This document shows, piece after piece, positions 49,993 to 61,163 of a stretch of 64,000 nt of DNA (the first letter of the stretch is position 1; every line of letters begins with the position of its first letter). The notes under the pieces are model-generated. The model saw only the letters and a program-made list of their open reading frames with translations, did not search any database and was not told where the DNA came from. Origin of the DNA: Candidatus Hydrogenedens sp. (GTDB lineage Bacteria; Hydrogenedentota; Hydrogenedentia; Hydrogenedentales; Hydrogenedentaceae); the NCBI GenBank assembly GCA_049968235.1, contig JBMFRC010000013.1, forward strand, positions 18,422 to 82,421, given 5' to 3'. Position numbers and translations under genes: made by a program.

Positions 49993-50652
49993 ATGCAAAA
50001 TTTTATTTTTGCCATTATTGTAATGGCATTTTTCTTATTAATGTGTTTATATGGTGAATATACAAAGAAACCATGGACACGCGCAGTTGGTAAAATGATG
50101 GCGTCCAATTGTTTTTTATACATAGCCTTTTCTACATATTGGTTTTACGATGTGCCGGATTCTCTCTATTTAACAATGGTATGGATTATAATCGGACTGG
50201 TGTGTTCCTGGTGGGGCGATTTATTTTTATTATCAAGAAATTCTGCAATTTTTCTATTAGGATTGGCTTCCTTCTGGTTAGCCCATGTATGTTATATCCT
50301 TGCATTCTTCTTTGCTCAAGTGGATTGGTATCTTACAATTTCTGCTATGGCTATATCTACCGTGCCTGCAATAGCCATTGCCTTCTGGCTAAACCCCAAT
50401 CTTGGCACCATGCGAATCCCTGTGTATATGTATATGATAATTATTAGTTGCATGGTATCGTTTGCAATAGGGGCATGGGCGTATGGAGGTTTGTGGAATT
50501 TCCCCATAGGAGCGATTATTTTTTATGCATCGGATATATTTGTTGCCCGTGACCGATTTAAGACTGCGGATAAATGGAATTTTCTAATTGGAGGTCCCTT
50601 ATATTTTTTAGGTCAGGTATTTTTAGCCTCTACTCCCCTCTGGGCAAACTGA
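49993..50652 (+). CDS. YhhN-family (lysoplasmalogenase-like) membrane protein
   Basis: start moved to ATG 49993 (GAGGAG SD); WWGDLFLL and FWLAHVCYILAF blocks. Confidence 0.6.
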   Translation: MQNFIFAIIVMAFFLLMCLYGEYTKKPWTRAVGKMMASNCFLYIAFSTYWFYDVPDSLYLTMVWIIIGLVCSWWGDLFLLSRNSAIFLLGLASFWLAHVCYILAFFFAQVDWYLTISAMAISTVPAIAIAFWLNPNLGTMRIPVYMYMIIISCMVSFAIGAWAYGGLWNFPIGAIIFYASDIFVARDRFKTADKWNFLIGGPLYFLGQVFLASTPLWAN

Positions 50653-50703
50653 TGTAATACAGTGATAGGATAATAATCATCTAAAGAATAAAGGAGATAA
50701 AGT

Positions 50704-51501
50704 ATGCGAATTTGTGTGGCAGGTGCGTTAGGTAAGATGGGTCGAAGAATACTAGAAGTTTCCGGCTGGGAAGATGATATTCAGGTGTGCGGAGCTTTTG
50801 ACTTGCCCGAATCTGCCGGAAAAATTATTTCTTATGGTGGAGAAAAATCGACACCCAAAGAAATCACCTTAGGAAGTAATGCTAAGATAGAATTGCAGAA
50901 AGCAGATGTGTTGATAGATTTTACACAACCTTCTTCTTCACTTCAACATGCAGAGATTGCTTATCATTTGCGAAAAGGGATTGTGATTGGTACAACAGGC
51001 TTATCTGCGGAGCAAGAGCAGACTTTACGACGATATGCACAGAAGATACCTATTGTATATGCCCCTAATATGAGTGTAGGTGTAAATTTACTTTTCCGAT
51101 TAGTGAAAGAAGTTTCAGAGTGTTTGGGATTGGATTACAATGTAGAGATTGTGGAAATTCACCATAATCAAAAGAAAGACAGTCCCAGTGGAACTGCCTT
51201 ACGATTGGCAAAAGAAGTAGCAGATGGATTGAAATTAAATCTTCAAACGCAAGCGGTATATGGCAGAGAAGGGGTCATTGGACCGAGAAAGAAAGATGAA
51301 ATTGGTGTAATGGCAGTTCGTGGTGGAGATGTTGTAGGAGAACATACCGTTTATTTTATTGGACATGGAGAACGATTACAATTGACCCATATAGCACATA
51401 ATCGTGATAACTTTGCCCGGGGTGCTGTCCGTGCAGCACGATATGTTTATTCCCACAACCCCGGTCTCTATGACATGATGAATGTCTTAGGGTTTAGATA
51501 G
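50704..51501 (+). CDS. dapB: 4-hydroxy-tetrahydrodipicolinate reductase
   Basis: EIVEIHHNQKKDSPSGTAL signature. Confidence 0.9.
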   Translation: MRICVAGALGKMGRRILEVSGWEDDIQVCGAFDLPESAGKIISYGGEKSTPKEITLGSNAKIELQKADVLIDFTQPSSSLQHAEIAYHLRKGIVIGTTGLSAEQEQTLRRYAQKIPIVYAPNMSVGVNLLFRLVKEVSECLGLDYNVEIVEIHHNQKKDSPSGTALRLAKEVADGLKLNLQTQAVYGREGVIGPRKKDEIGVMAVRGGDVVGEHTVYFIGHGERLQLTHIAHNRDNFARGAVRAARYVYSHNPGLYDMMNVLGFR

Positions 51502-51874
51502 AACTCTCATTCCTGAGATACATTCCGAACATACTTAATAAAATGTTATCTTATACCATTTAAACTTTCACTTTGTACACGGACATAGATAGGATATATT
51601 TCCTTCACAAATCTATAAACATCCCCTCCTTTGGCTTTTCCATTTCTATTACTGCTCTTTCTTTCTTCTTTTGTAAAAAATTGTAAAACACTTTTTCTCA
51701 TTGGGTTCAAGTTTATCCTCAATATCTTTCTTGTTAAACTGTAGAATACAATTTCTCTAATGTGTGTTAACAAAATATAGAATGCAAAAACTGATGTGAT
51801 AATAAATTTTTGTGTTAAAACATAATATACCTGATACAGGTATTAATTCCTGGTTTTGAGGAATACATGTCTTT

Positions 51875-54766
51875 TCATGGTTTCTTTTTTGTAGGGGGAA
51901 TGATGAGTTTTTGCCCTATCTGGAGAGTTGATTGGGATGTTAATTGATTGGCTTCTAATAAAGCATTTAACGAAATCCCATATTTCTTACTAATGATATA
52001 AGGATTATCACCTTTTTCAACAGTATGTATTAAAGGCTCTGAGTTTTTTTGCTCTTCACCAGGTTTTGTTTCTGTTGTTTGTTCCTTTTGCTCTTTCTTT
52101 TCAATGGATTGTTTCTGCGTTTTTTCAGATTTTGGGGAGGGTATTTTTAATTCCTGTCCGGCTCGTAGTTTTGTAGGGTCTTTAATATTGTTATATTCCA
52201 TAAGTTTTTGAACAGATATACCAAATTTTTTAGATATTACCGCAGGGGTATCTCCCGGATTAAGTTTGTAAATTTGAATTTCTTCTGTAGTGGATGTCTC
52301 TTGAACTGTATTATCCGTTTCAGGAGTGGAAATAGATGTTGGGTGTTTTGCAAGTGCTTTCTCAGCAATTTCTTCTTTTTTAGGTGTAGATGGTTCTGCT
52401 GCTTTTTCCCCTTCCTGGGGTTTGGCTCCGGGAACTTTTAGTTTTTGACCTATTTTAAGTTTTGACTTTTCTGTCAAATCATTTGTTTTGAGTAATTCTG
52501 CTGTGGTTACACCTAACTTTTTAGCAATTAATCCGGGATAGTCTCCAGCCTGAACAATATATTCTGTTCCTTCCCATTTGGGTGTAGGTGTCGGGGTAGA
52601 TGTAGATGAAGTAATCGGTTTGGCTTCTTCCTCTTTCTGTTTTCTTGCAATCTGAATTTTATAGACTTTTCCTGCTTTTAATGTTGCCCCTTTACGGACA
52701 CCGTTCCACGAGCAAAATTCATCTTCTGTAATACCATAGAGTTTGCAAATAGAAGAGATTGTTTCGCCTCGTTTTACAGTATGTTCCAGAGGTCCGGTAG
52801 GTTTGAGTATGGTTCCTTCTTCTTTCGGGACTTGAGATGTTTCCGGTTTTGCTGGCTTTATAGGAGTTGGAGGAGGAACGGATGGTGGAGTTGTCGTTTC
52901 TTCTTTTTTGGCTATTACTGTTGTGGCGGGTGGTGTGGCTTTGTTTATATCATTTGTCATAGGGTTTTGTCGAAGGAATTCCAGAGATTGGGCTCGACTT
53001 TCTGCCAAATATGCTAATCCTACCGCTTCAATTCGTTTGCCATTAGATGTAATTTTCCCTGCACGGTCAATAAGTTGGTGGACTTCTTCTAATATCCAGT
53101 TTGCGCGGTAATCTTTTTCTGAAGAAGAGGAAGAACCTGTTAGATATTCGGTGATTCGTTCTTCACTACGGGTAAGAATGTCCAAAAGTGGTTCACGGAA
53201 AGGTTCTCCTCGATATTGTTCTGTAATACAGACGCATCGTAAGAAATTAGAAAGTTTTGCTATAAAAAGTCTTTTTTGAGCCTGTGCTTCATAGGTATCG
53301 AATTTTTGTCCTTCCAGATGGGGCAATTCACGAAACAGATTTAATACATGAACACGATTTTGATTGTTTTTGGGGTCCTGTGCTATTACCTTCAATGCTT
53401 CTGAAATTACGGGAGTTCTCAAAAAGGAAAATTCATTGCGATTCATTTCCCCTGCTATAGATTTCAACTCATTAACCGCAGTAGCGTAAAGCACCTCATA
53501 AGCATTGCCTATCAGGTATTGGGGAGAAGGTTTATCATCTAAAACCAAAGTATTATCATTTATTTGTGGAAGTGTAGAAGGATTTCCGTAACTGTCGAAA
53601 AATTGTGTGGTGGCAAGCCCTTCTCCTGAAAAATTTAGAGATCCCGTTCCCCAGAAAATCATTATCCAGTGCGAAAGTGCATAGTAAACGAAAGCATTTG
53701 TTGTTTCGGAACGACTATACCAACCTAAAGGTTCCACCCCATCTGTCCACACTCGCGTAGTTCCACATAAAAATGAAAATAGTTGCGAAATATTTCCATC
53801 TTTTACCAGTATAGAATAGGGAAGTGTGATTGTCCGAGCCCCCGCATACTTCGCAATCCATATTTGTTGTATTTGTTCTACAGGGTTGGAAGAAATATTT
53901 TCTGAATTGAACCGTAAAGAAAAAGGTGTCCCTTCTCCTCTGTGTAAAAAGATTGTATCTCTTAATTGTTTTAAATCTTCCACTGTAAAGGAATGCCCAC
54001 ACCAGGAAACTTCATTGATTATCTCTTCCGGTACGGAATAGAGAATCTCGGGTAAAGTTTCGATATTGGAAATGGATGCCCGAAAAACTGCTATTCCTTT
54101 CGTTTTCCGGACTCGTGCAAAGAAATTTATAAGTTGTTCAGAAGTATAGTTTCCCGCAATCTCCCAGACACTAACCAATTCCCCTAATTTGCTATTTAAG
54201 TCTTCAAAAATATCTATAGGGGAAGGATTTTTATTCACATCGAAAACAATCGTAACTCGACAACCAAAAGAAATCGCTTTTTTTACTTGTTCGACAAGGT
54301 TCGGAAAAGTGCTGTCAAAAGATACCTCTTTAATACCTTGCATTTGTGCAAGATATAACCCGGCTCCATCCGGGTTGTGTAGAACGAAAGGAGGAGCAAT
54401 TGCCTTATCCGTATTCCTATCCATTCTACAAAAAGGTATTTCCCAATTATGCATCTCGTTTTTGTATTTAATTGAAATATTTGAAATAAAATATCCACGA
54501 TTAGCAGGTAGGTCTGCTACAGTTACCCAAAACTTTCCATTCAGGTAAGTAGAGGGTTTGTTGGGCTGTAATTGAGTGAGGGTTTCTCCATCAGGCTTTG
54601 CAATCGTAATGAGCATATCAAAGGGAGTATTGGGAGGACCTGAAACACTGACAATAAGAGGTTCATTTGTATAGGTTATTGGCAAGACCTGGTCAGGAGC
54701 CAGAGTTACTTCAAAAGGTGGTGTAGAGAAAATTGCTAATATGCATAATATAACAAAAGATGACAT
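51875..54766 (-). CDS. large secreted/anchored protein with four C-terminal LysM peptidoglycan-binding repeats
   Basis: four approximately 45-aa LysM units (HTVKRGETISSICKLYGI..., YIVQAGDYPGLIAKKLGV..., etc.) separated by Pro/Thr/Lys-rich linkers; N-terminal 600 aa unassigned. Confidence 0.7.
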   Translation of the reverse strand: MSSFVILCILAIFSTPPFEVTLAPDQVLPITYTNEPLIVSVSGPPNTPFDMLITIAKPDGETLTQLQPNKPSTYLNGKFWVTVADLPANRGYFISNISIKYKNEMHNWEIPFCRMDRNTDKAIAPPFVLHNPDGAGLYLAQMQGIKEVSFDSTFPNLVEQVKKAISFGCRVTIVFDVNKNPSPIDIFEDLNSKLGELVSVWEIAGNYTSEQLINFFARVRKTKGIAVFRASISNIETLPEILYSVPEEIINEVSWCGHSFTVEDLKQLRDTIFLHRGEGTPFSLRFNSENISSNPVEQIQQIWIAKYAGARTITLPYSILVKDGNISQLFSFLCGTTRVWTDGVEPLGWYSRSETTNAFVYYALSHWIMIFWGTGSLNFSGEGLATTQFFDSYGNPSTLPQINDNTLVLDDKPSPQYLIGNAYEVLYATAVNELKSIAGEMNRNEFSFLRTPVISEALKVIAQDPKNNQNRVHVLNLFRELPHLEGQKFDTYEAQAQKRLFIAKLSNFLRCVCITEQYRGEPFREPLLDILTRSEERITEYLTGSSSSSEKDYRANWILEEVHQLIDRAGKITSNGKRIEAVGLAYLAESRAQSLEFLRQNPMTNDINKATPPATTVIAKKEETTTPPSVPPPTPIKPAKPETSQVPKEEGTILKPTGPLEHTVKRGETISSICKLYGITEDEFCSWNGVRKGATLKAGKVYKIQIARKQKEEEAKPITSSTSTPTPTPKWEGTEYIVQAGDYPGLIAKKLGVTTAELLKTNDLTEKSKLKIGQKLKVPGAKPQEGEKAAEPSTPKKEEIAEKALAKHPTSISTPETDNTVQETSTTEEIQIYKLNPGDTPAVISKKFGISVQKLMEYNNIKDPTKLRAGQELKIPSPKSEKTQKQSIEKKEQKEQTTETKPGEEQKNSEPLIHTVEKGDNPYIISKKYGISLNALLEANQLTSQSTLQIGQKLIIPPTKKKP

Positions 54767-54776
54767 GAATAATTCC

Positions 54777-55391
54777 TTAATATTCTCCTACAAAAGGATT
54801 GTATTTTCGTTCCTCTCCTATGGTAGTTGCAGGTCCATGACCCGGGTAAACAACCGTATCATCCGGTAAGAGAAATAATTTTTCTTTTATAGACGATATT
54901 AATGTTTCAAAATCTCCACCGGGCAGGTCAGTCCTTCCAATGGAGCCCTGAAAAAGGACATCACCGACAAAAACAAAGCCATCTCCTTTAAGGGAGATAT
55001 GTCCCGGTGCGTGTCCCGGAGTGTATAGCACTTTCACTTTTAAGTTGCCCACTTGAATTTCATCCCCCTCTTGTAAATATCCATCTGGCGGAGGAGATGC
55101 CTGGAAAGGGACTCCAAATAAAAGTGCCTGCTGTCCCAATGTTTGCAGGACAACCTCACTTTCCGGATGCATCAATAAAGGTGCAGATGTAGTCCTGCAA
55201 ATACTGGCATTGCCCCCACAGTGGTCAATATGGCAATGAGTATTTATAACTGCTTTTACTTTTAGTTTTTCTAAATCCTTAATTAACCGTAAGTTACTTT
55301 CACCGGGGTCTATAACAATGGCTTCTCCATTATCAATTAGAATATAAGTATTCACTAAAAATGGCGTAATTTCATATACTTTAACTTCCAA
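54777..55391 (-). CDS. MBL-fold metallo-hydrolase (glyoxalase II-like)
   Basis: HCHIDHCGG motif. Confidence 0.75.
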   Translation of the reverse strand: MEVKVYEITPFLVNTYILIDNGEAIVIDPGESNLRLIKDLEKLKVKAVINTHCHIDHCGGNASICRTTSAPLLMHPESEVVLQTLGQQALLFGVPFQASPPPDGYLQEGDEIQVGNLKVKVLYTPGHAPGHISLKGDGFVFVGDVLFQGSIGRTDLPGGDFETLISSIKEKLFLLPDDTVVYPGHGPATTIGEERKYNPFVGEY

Positions 55392-55443
55392 AGTAAAACT
55401 CCTTATATTTTTTATCTTTTTATATTATATTGAAAATATGAAA

Positions 55444-57462
55444 TCAATATAAATTTAATTTAATTTTATTCAAAGTATTGATGATAAGGTTTCTGATTTG
55501 TATTTCTCCCTCTGAAGTAAGGATAAATAACGGAGGGACTTCTTGTTGTGAGTCTAATCCCAAATGGATACGATAATTTCCCTGATTGGCTCGCGAATGT
55601 TCCGCTTCACCGATAATACGCAATTTTGACACCTTTCCCTTTGTTTTACACAAAACCTGGGTAGTAAAGGCATGTGGATTCCCTTTCGGTCCTTGAAGTT
55701 CTAAAGTTATCCAGTTACCGATGTTGCTTGTGTTTTTCAGAAAACTGAGATACCACCAATCACCATAACCTGATGGATTATCTCCTTTAATGCGGTAGCC
55801 CAACATAACATCTTGCTTACCATCGTTATCTACATCGAAACTTTGAACACGGGCGTCACTCATTTCTGTTAGAGGAATGTGTGTTAACGTCAACAAATCC
55901 ATTTTCTCGAAGGTTCTACCTTGATGATTTAAAAAGATACCCTCCGGAATAGAGATTAATTCGTCATATCCATCGTTATTCAGGTCAGCCCAACATACCC
56001 AGATAGATATTGGTGGCAATTGGAAATCTTCAGGATTTAACCACTCAAATGTAGTATTTCCTCTGTGTCGGAATACAAAAATTTTATGGTCTGGTTGATT
56101 GGCAAAGAGAAATTCCATACTTCCATCATTGTTAAAATCGCATGGAGCAAGGAAAGAGGGAAGCAACTCTATATTTTCCGTTCCCTCAACAAATTGTTTT
56201 TGGAACTGTTTCCCTTGTTGATTTATAAAGATAGTCAGTTTTTTATTGTAGAAAGATATTAAATCCGCATAACCGTCATTATTCATATCGAACCAGAAAA
56301 TAGGTTGGTCTCCTTGAATATCCAATCCATAATCCATAGCACATTCTTTGTATATATTCTCTTTATCTTCTTTCCGGAACAATCGGCAGAACTCATTTCG
56401 GGCACAGAGAATAAATAATTCAAGGTTATCATCATTATCAATATTTACCCAACATGATTTTCTTGTTCCACAACTACAATTTTCCAGTCCACTTGTGTCA
56501 TAAACGTTCTCAAACCTGTTTCCATGAACATTTAGAAATAGTTGGTCTTTCATTTTTTTTCGTAAATGGTCATATTCAGGACTACCCCGCAGTCCACCCC
56601 TGCCTGAAAAAACATCTATTTTCCCATCTGCGTTTATGTCCGCCCAACTATAACTGTGTCTATCGAAGGTATTTAAGGTAAAAGTATGTCCCGAAGGGGA
56701 TATTTTTGCCGGACCTATATATATTTTATTTAAGGGGAATGTATTTGAGACTGTAAACTGTGTAGAAATAGCAGGGCGGTCAATATCAATCACAACAAGG
56801 GCTTCGTGTTCCATATTCAGTTTATATTGGGTTAATCCTGCAGATTTCTCGTCTTCTTGCGTTTGAATTTTGCTGATACTGACATTTCCTTTTGTCTCAA
56901 TTGTTTCTGTTCGAGTATGAGGGACTATCACTTCAATTTGTAGTGGAACTGTATCTCGGGACAATTCTATGTAATAAATATGAACTTTATGCCAGAGATA
57001 GAATATATATAAGCCTCTTTCTACTATTTTATGGGGTGCAATACTACACGCAAAATCAGGAATATCAGGTTGTAATCCTAAATTCAATTCCAGAATAGCA
57101 TTTTCAAAAGTTACTTCTCCGCGGTTTAAAAGAATAGAAGGACGGAAATTACAATTACTGGAAAATATATCGAGAAGCCCATCCTGATTTATATCTGCAA
57201 CACCGAAGTCAAATAATTGATACCGATGTATGGGAATGGAGACAGGCTCAAACTGAAAAGGTTCTTTTTTAAGGGTTAAAAAGAAAAGTTCATAGCGAGG
57301 TAATCCTGTTTCATCTAAGGATGATGGATGTCCTAATAAAATCTGGGGATTTACAGGTTCCTCTTTATTAAAAATGGAAAGGAAGGAATCTTCAAAAAAA
57401 ACAAATAGCCCGATACCTATGAAAAAGAGAAGAATACAGGCTACAACTAATCGTAAGATCAC
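55444..57462 (-). CDS. membrane-anchored FG-GAP repeat / ASPIC-UnbV (CRTAC1-like) protein
   Basis: repeated D-x-N/D-x-DG-x-x-D calcium-binding FG-GAP-like units; C-terminal block ending RIHLGLD. Confidence 0.6.
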   Translation of the reverse strand: MILRLVVACILLFFIGIGLFVFFEDSFLSIFNKEEPVNPQILLGHPSSLDETGLPRYELFFLTLKKEPFQFEPVSIPIHRYQLFDFGVADINQDGLLDIFSSNCNFRPSILLNRGEVTFENAILELNLGLQPDIPDFACSIAPHKIVERGLYIFYLWHKVHIYYIELSRDTVPLQIEVIVPHTRTETIETKGNVSISKIQTQEDEKSAGLTQYKLNMEHEALVVIDIDRPAISTQFTVSNTFPLNKIYIGPAKISPSGHTFTLNTFDRHSYSWADINADGKIDVFSGRGGLRGSPEYDHLRKKMKDQLFLNVHGNRFENVYDTSGLENCSCGTRKSCWVNIDNDDNLELFILCARNEFCRLFRKEDKENIYKECAMDYGLDIQGDQPIFWFDMNNDGYADLISFYNKKLTIFINQQGKQFQKQFVEGTENIELLPSFLAPCDFNNDGSMEFLFANQPDHKIFVFRHRGNTTFEWLNPEDFQLPPISIWVCWADLNNDGYDELISIPEGIFLNHQGRTFEKMDLLTLTHIPLTEMSDARVQSFDVDNDGKQDVMLGYRIKGDNPSGYGDWWYLSFLKNTSNIGNWITLELQGPKGNPHAFTTQVLCKTKGKVSKLRIIGEAEHSRANQGNYRIHLGLDSQQEVPPLFILTSEGEIQIRNLIINTLNKIKLNLY

Positions 57463-57548
57463 TTAAACTTCCTTTTTTATATTCATTTTATTTTATCGTA
57501 TTATATCATTCAACAGTGTAAATATGAACCGTAAAAGGGTAATTTGCT

Positions 57549-58037
57549 ATGAAAAAGAAGAAAGACATTACAGGAAAAGTAAAAGTTATTCGCAATTTTA
57601 AGCCTCAGGGGAAAACACTCCCGTTCAAAGGTCCCGAAGCAATAGAAAGTAACTGCCTGGAATGCTTTGAATATGAATATAAGACTACTGAGTCAGGTAG
57701 AAATATGGAAATTGTTTCTATGACCGATGAATTTACTTCTGTTTGTCCATTTTCTGGGTTGCCCGATTTTGCGAAGGTAACGATTCGTTATGTTCCAGAC
57801 CGATACTGTCTTGAACTGCGGTCACTAAAATATTACCTTTTATCGTATCGCGATGTAGGGATCTGGTATGAACATTTAGTTAATCGCATGTTAGAAGACC
57901 TTGTTTTTGCATGTAGACCCCGAAAAATGACCGTAGTAATCGAATGTAATCCACGGGGTGGAATTGCCAGCACTGTTTCTGCAAGTTATGATGCGGAGAC
58001 GATGGGTAGTCCTGAAAAATGGAAAGGATACTATTAA
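57549..58037 (+). CDS. queF: NADPH-dependent 7-cyano-7-deazaguanine reductase
   Basis: catalytic Cys in VCPFSGLPDFA and QueF motif LELRSLKYYLLSYR. Confidence 0.85.
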   Translation: MKKKKDITGKVKVIRNFKPQGKTLPFKGPEAIESNCLECFEYEYKTTESGRNMEIVSMTDEFTSVCPFSGLPDFAKVTIRYVPDRYCLELRSLKYYLLSYRDVGIWYEHLVNRMLEDLVFACRPRKMTVVIECNPRGGIASTVSASYDAETMGSPEKWKGYY

Positions 58038-58081
58038 ATTTGTTAGACCACTCTACCCCTTCTACATAGTCGAAGTACTTA

Positions 58082-59131
58082 TTATAAGTTTCTCTTAAAA
58101 AACTTTAACATCGGTTCTACGGCAATTTCATGCCCTCCATGATGAATAACCAATTCTGCTTTCTCCTCTGCATTAAACACTTTATACAATGGTATTATTT
58201 CTGCCCATGCTTTTTGTGCTAAGGACGGTGGAAACTGGTCCGGAGGTTCTTTTTCGCCGTTCTGGCATTGTAAAGCACGAGGAGGTATCAAACCATAAAT
58301 GTCCGGGAAATCTACCAACTCACGTAACCCTTCAAATTTCCAGCACAAGCAATGATTTTTCTCCATCTGGTCCATGTAAGTAAGAAAGCCACAAACTACC
58401 ACCGCCTGAATTCGAGTATCCATCGCCCCCAACCACATTGCCATTTCTCCACCCAATGATAATCCCGTACATCCTATACGATTTTTATCTACAAAGGGGA
58501 GCGTTTCCAGGTAATCTACACAACGCATCAGGTCCCATAATCGCTCTCCCATTAATGTTCGGTCTTTCTCATAGACCTCGTGCTGCCCTATATCTGTCGT
58601 TATTACTACAAACCCATTCTGTACCAATATCTTGCCAAATTCGTGATAGGGCGAAGGCTCTTTTTCAAAAGCGGTATACCGATTTCCCCCATGACCGTGA
58701 ATGCATACAATTGCAGGATATTTGTTCGCTTCTTCATGAGAAGGCGTAGCAAGACAAATATACATTTGTCTATGTGAGGTACTCTGTGCCTCTATTTCTT
58801 CTAACTTCCACTTTGGATTCTCCTCTTTTTTTATTTGCTTTACATCAAAAGACAGCGGTCTCGAATCAGGAAGGGATAAACGTTGTGATAATTCGTGCCG
58901 AACTTTGCTCTGCCATGAAATAATACTTTCCTGCCCAGTAGACAATTCCGGAATTTTCAACTTACGCAGTGGCTTATCTTCTGCATATGAAGAATTTGTG
59001 GACGTGGTCGGAATAAAGGAAATAACTATTACCATATATAAAAAAAACGGGATATGAAAACCTGAAAGTGTTTTATTTCGTTCTTTTTTTATCATGTTAA
59101 TTTTTTCCTTTATTTGAGTATAAAATGCCAT
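58082..59131 (-). CDS. secreted alpha/beta hydrolase (dienelactone hydrolase / acetyl esterase-like)
   Basis: nucleophile elbow GLSLGG, HGHGG oxyanion region. Confidence 0.6.
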   Translation of the reverse strand: MAFYTQIKEKINMIKKERNKTLSGFHIPFFLYMVIVISFIPTTSTNSSYAEDKPLRKLKIPELSTGQESIISWQSKVRHELSQRLSLPDSRPLSFDVKQIKKEENPKWKLEEIEAQSTSHRQMYICLATPSHEEANKYPAIVCIHGHGGNRYTAFEKEPSPYHEFGKILVQNGFVVITTDIGQHEVYEKDRTLMGERLWDLMRCVDYLETLPFVDKNRIGCTGLSLGGEMAMWLGAMDTRIQAVVVCGFLTYMDQMEKNHCLCWKFEGLRELVDFPDIYGLIPPRALQCQNGEKEPPDQFPPSLAQKAWAEIIPLYKVFNAEEKAELVIHHGGHEIAVEPMLKFFKRNL

Positions 59132-59234
59132 TTATGATACATTTATTGTTCAATTAGCAAAATCGCATTTTGCAATTATGTTTGTTTCTCAATCAATTTA
59201 ACTGGAATTTTTAAAGTATAAAAGGTCTCAGTCT

Positions 59235-61163
59235 ATGATTCAAGATTTAATGAGGAAACACCGTCGTGCTGTTTTATTATTTGTAGTTCTTGTAATTGCG
59301 GTGCCATTTGTTTTGTTTTTTGGTATGCCGGGAAAATACCGTTCGTCAACACCGGAGTTTAATGATAATCCGATAGCGACTGTTGCGAATTTACCTGTAT
59401 TGGAGAGTGAATTCCGCCGAAATTTAAATATGCTCATTCAGCAAAGGTCAACACCGGATAAACCCGCATCAATAGAAGAATTAGAGAAAAATGGCGAAAC
59501 AGAGAAGATTTTACAACAGATGATAGATTCAAACTTGATAACTTTAGAAGAGCAAAAACGGAATTTTAAAGTGGACCGTAGTCTGCTTATTGAACAGATG
59601 CAGAAGTGGTCCCAATTCCGCACGGAAGATGGTAAACTCGACCGTGAAGCGTGGAATGCATGGGTCGAAACTAATAAGGGAAAGATTAATTGGAATGAGA
59701 TTTATACAGACCTTCAAAAATCCATATCGCGTCAGGTTTTTATGAATGCAATTCTGGCACCTGCTCGTTTCGATCCCACAACAATTGATAAAAAAGTAAT
59801 GAATAATTTCACACATATCCGCATCAAATATGCAAAGATTGCCCCACCGATAGAAATAAAAGATGAGGAACTGGCTAAATACTTCGAAGAGAATAAAGAA
59901 ACCTATCGTGACCCGGATACACTGGTGGCAGAAGCCGTAAAAATCTCTTTAGTTCCACCTGTTCCCGATAAGGCTATCGAAGCTTATAATAAAGCCAAAG
60001 AGGGTGCAGATTTTGCGGAACTAGCAAATACCTATTCGGACCAAAAAAGTCAACCGGGAGGTGATTTAGGATGGCAATCACAACGGGAAACGGAACCTCC
60101 CCATCGACAGGTCTTGTTCTCCTTAAAGGTTGGTGAGGTAAACGAACCGGTATATACCTTCGGTGCTTATTATATATTCAAAGTGGAAGAAGAACGCACA
60201 AATCCAGATACGGGTGCCCGTGAAATTCATGCTCGCCAGATTATGATTCGTACCTCGCTAAGTGATGAAGAAAAGAAACAAAAGGAAGAACAGGCAAAAG
60301 AGATAGCCCAAAAAGCCAATGAAGAAAAGACACTTGAAAAGGTATCTCAGGAAAAGGGATTGGAAATTGTTAAAATTGGTCCCTTTACTAAAGAATCAAA
60401 ATCCATCGAGGGATTGAACCAATTTGATATATACTCATTCCGTAGTGCGTTTATAACACCGGAAAAGGATTCGGAGTATCAGACAATTACCGCAAGAGAC
60501 AATATATTTGTTGCAAAAGTCTTAGAACGAACTAAAGGAGAAATTCCCCCACTTGAAAAGGTGCGTGAGCGTGTAGAGAAAGATTATACAAACATGGTAA
60601 AACTCCAGGATGATTACAAGAAGAAAGTCGAAGAAATTTCCAACAAAATAAAAACAGAAGCAAAATCAATTGATGATCTGCCCGGGTTATTCCCCGATTT
60701 GAAGATTGAAATTAAAGAGACGGCAAAATCCTTTACAGCCAAAGATTACCTTTTCCAGGAAGGTCTGATGATTTCACCGGAAACTATATTCAACGAATTG
60801 GAAGGTAAAGATATTGGCGCTCTTGTAGGCCCTATTAAAGATTTCAGTAATGAACATTATTTCGTGCAATTATTAGAGCGAACATTGCCTACGGATGCAG
60901 ATAAACCTAAAATGGAAGAAGATAAGAAAAATATGCGAGATATGGACATTCGTATGGCTCAGAATGAAATATTAGAAGACTATCGCCTTTATTTGCGCGA
61001 AAAAGCAATGAAAAGTGGTGTACCTATAAAAATAAATCAGCAATTGATTGCTTCTATATTAGGTAAAGATAAAGAAGCAGAAAAGAAAGAAAAACAGGAC
61101 GGGAAAGCCCCTTCTCATCCCGCTAATGATTTGCAAAAATTAAATACTCTTATCGGGGATTGA
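59235..61163 (+). CDS. membrane-anchored PpiD/SurA-like parvulin-type peptidyl-prolyl isomerase
   Basis: N-terminal TM; parvulin block FAELANTYSDQKSQPGGDLGW. Confidence 0.65.
   Translation: MIQDLMRKHRRAVLLFVVLVIAVPFVLFFGMPGKYRSSTPEFNDNPIATVANLPVLESEFRRNLNMLIQQRSTPDKPASIEELEKNGETEKILQQMIDSNLITLEEQKRNFKVDRSLLIEQMQKWSQFRTEDGKLDREAWNAWVETNKGKINWNEIYTDLQKSISRQVFMNAILAPARFDPTTIDKKVMNNFTHIRIKYAKIAPPIEIKDEELAKYFEENKETYRDPDTLVAEAVKISLVPPVPDKAIEAYNKAKEGADFAELANTYSDQKSQPGGDLGWQSQRETEPPHRQVLFSLKVGEVNEPVYTFGAYYIFKVEEERTNPDTGAREIHARQIMIRTSLSDEEKKQKEEQAKEIAQKANEEKTLEKVSQEKGLEIVKIGPFTKESKSIEGLNQFDIYSFRSAFITPEKDSEYQTITARDNIFVAKVLERTKGEIPPLEKVRERVEKDYTNMVKLQDDYKKKVEEISNKIKTEAKSIDDLPGLFPDLKIEIKETAKSFTAKDYLFQEGLMISPETIFNELEGKDIGALVGPIKDFSNEHYFVQLLERTLPTDADKPKMEEDKKNMRDMDIRMAQNEILEDYRLYLREKAMKSGVPIKINQQLIASILGKDKEAEKKEKQDGKAPSHPANDLQKLNTLIGD

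Noticed and set aside
51546-51773. 75-aa ORF in the dapB / LysM-protein convergent spacer
   Set aside because: no SD, Lys/Arg-rich composition typical of AT-rich non-coding translation
57463-57548. preQ1 riboswitch upstream of queF
   Set aside because: the 86-nt leader lacks the short stem plus A-rich tail (AAAAAACUA) pattern of preQ1-I and is shared with a divergent promoter
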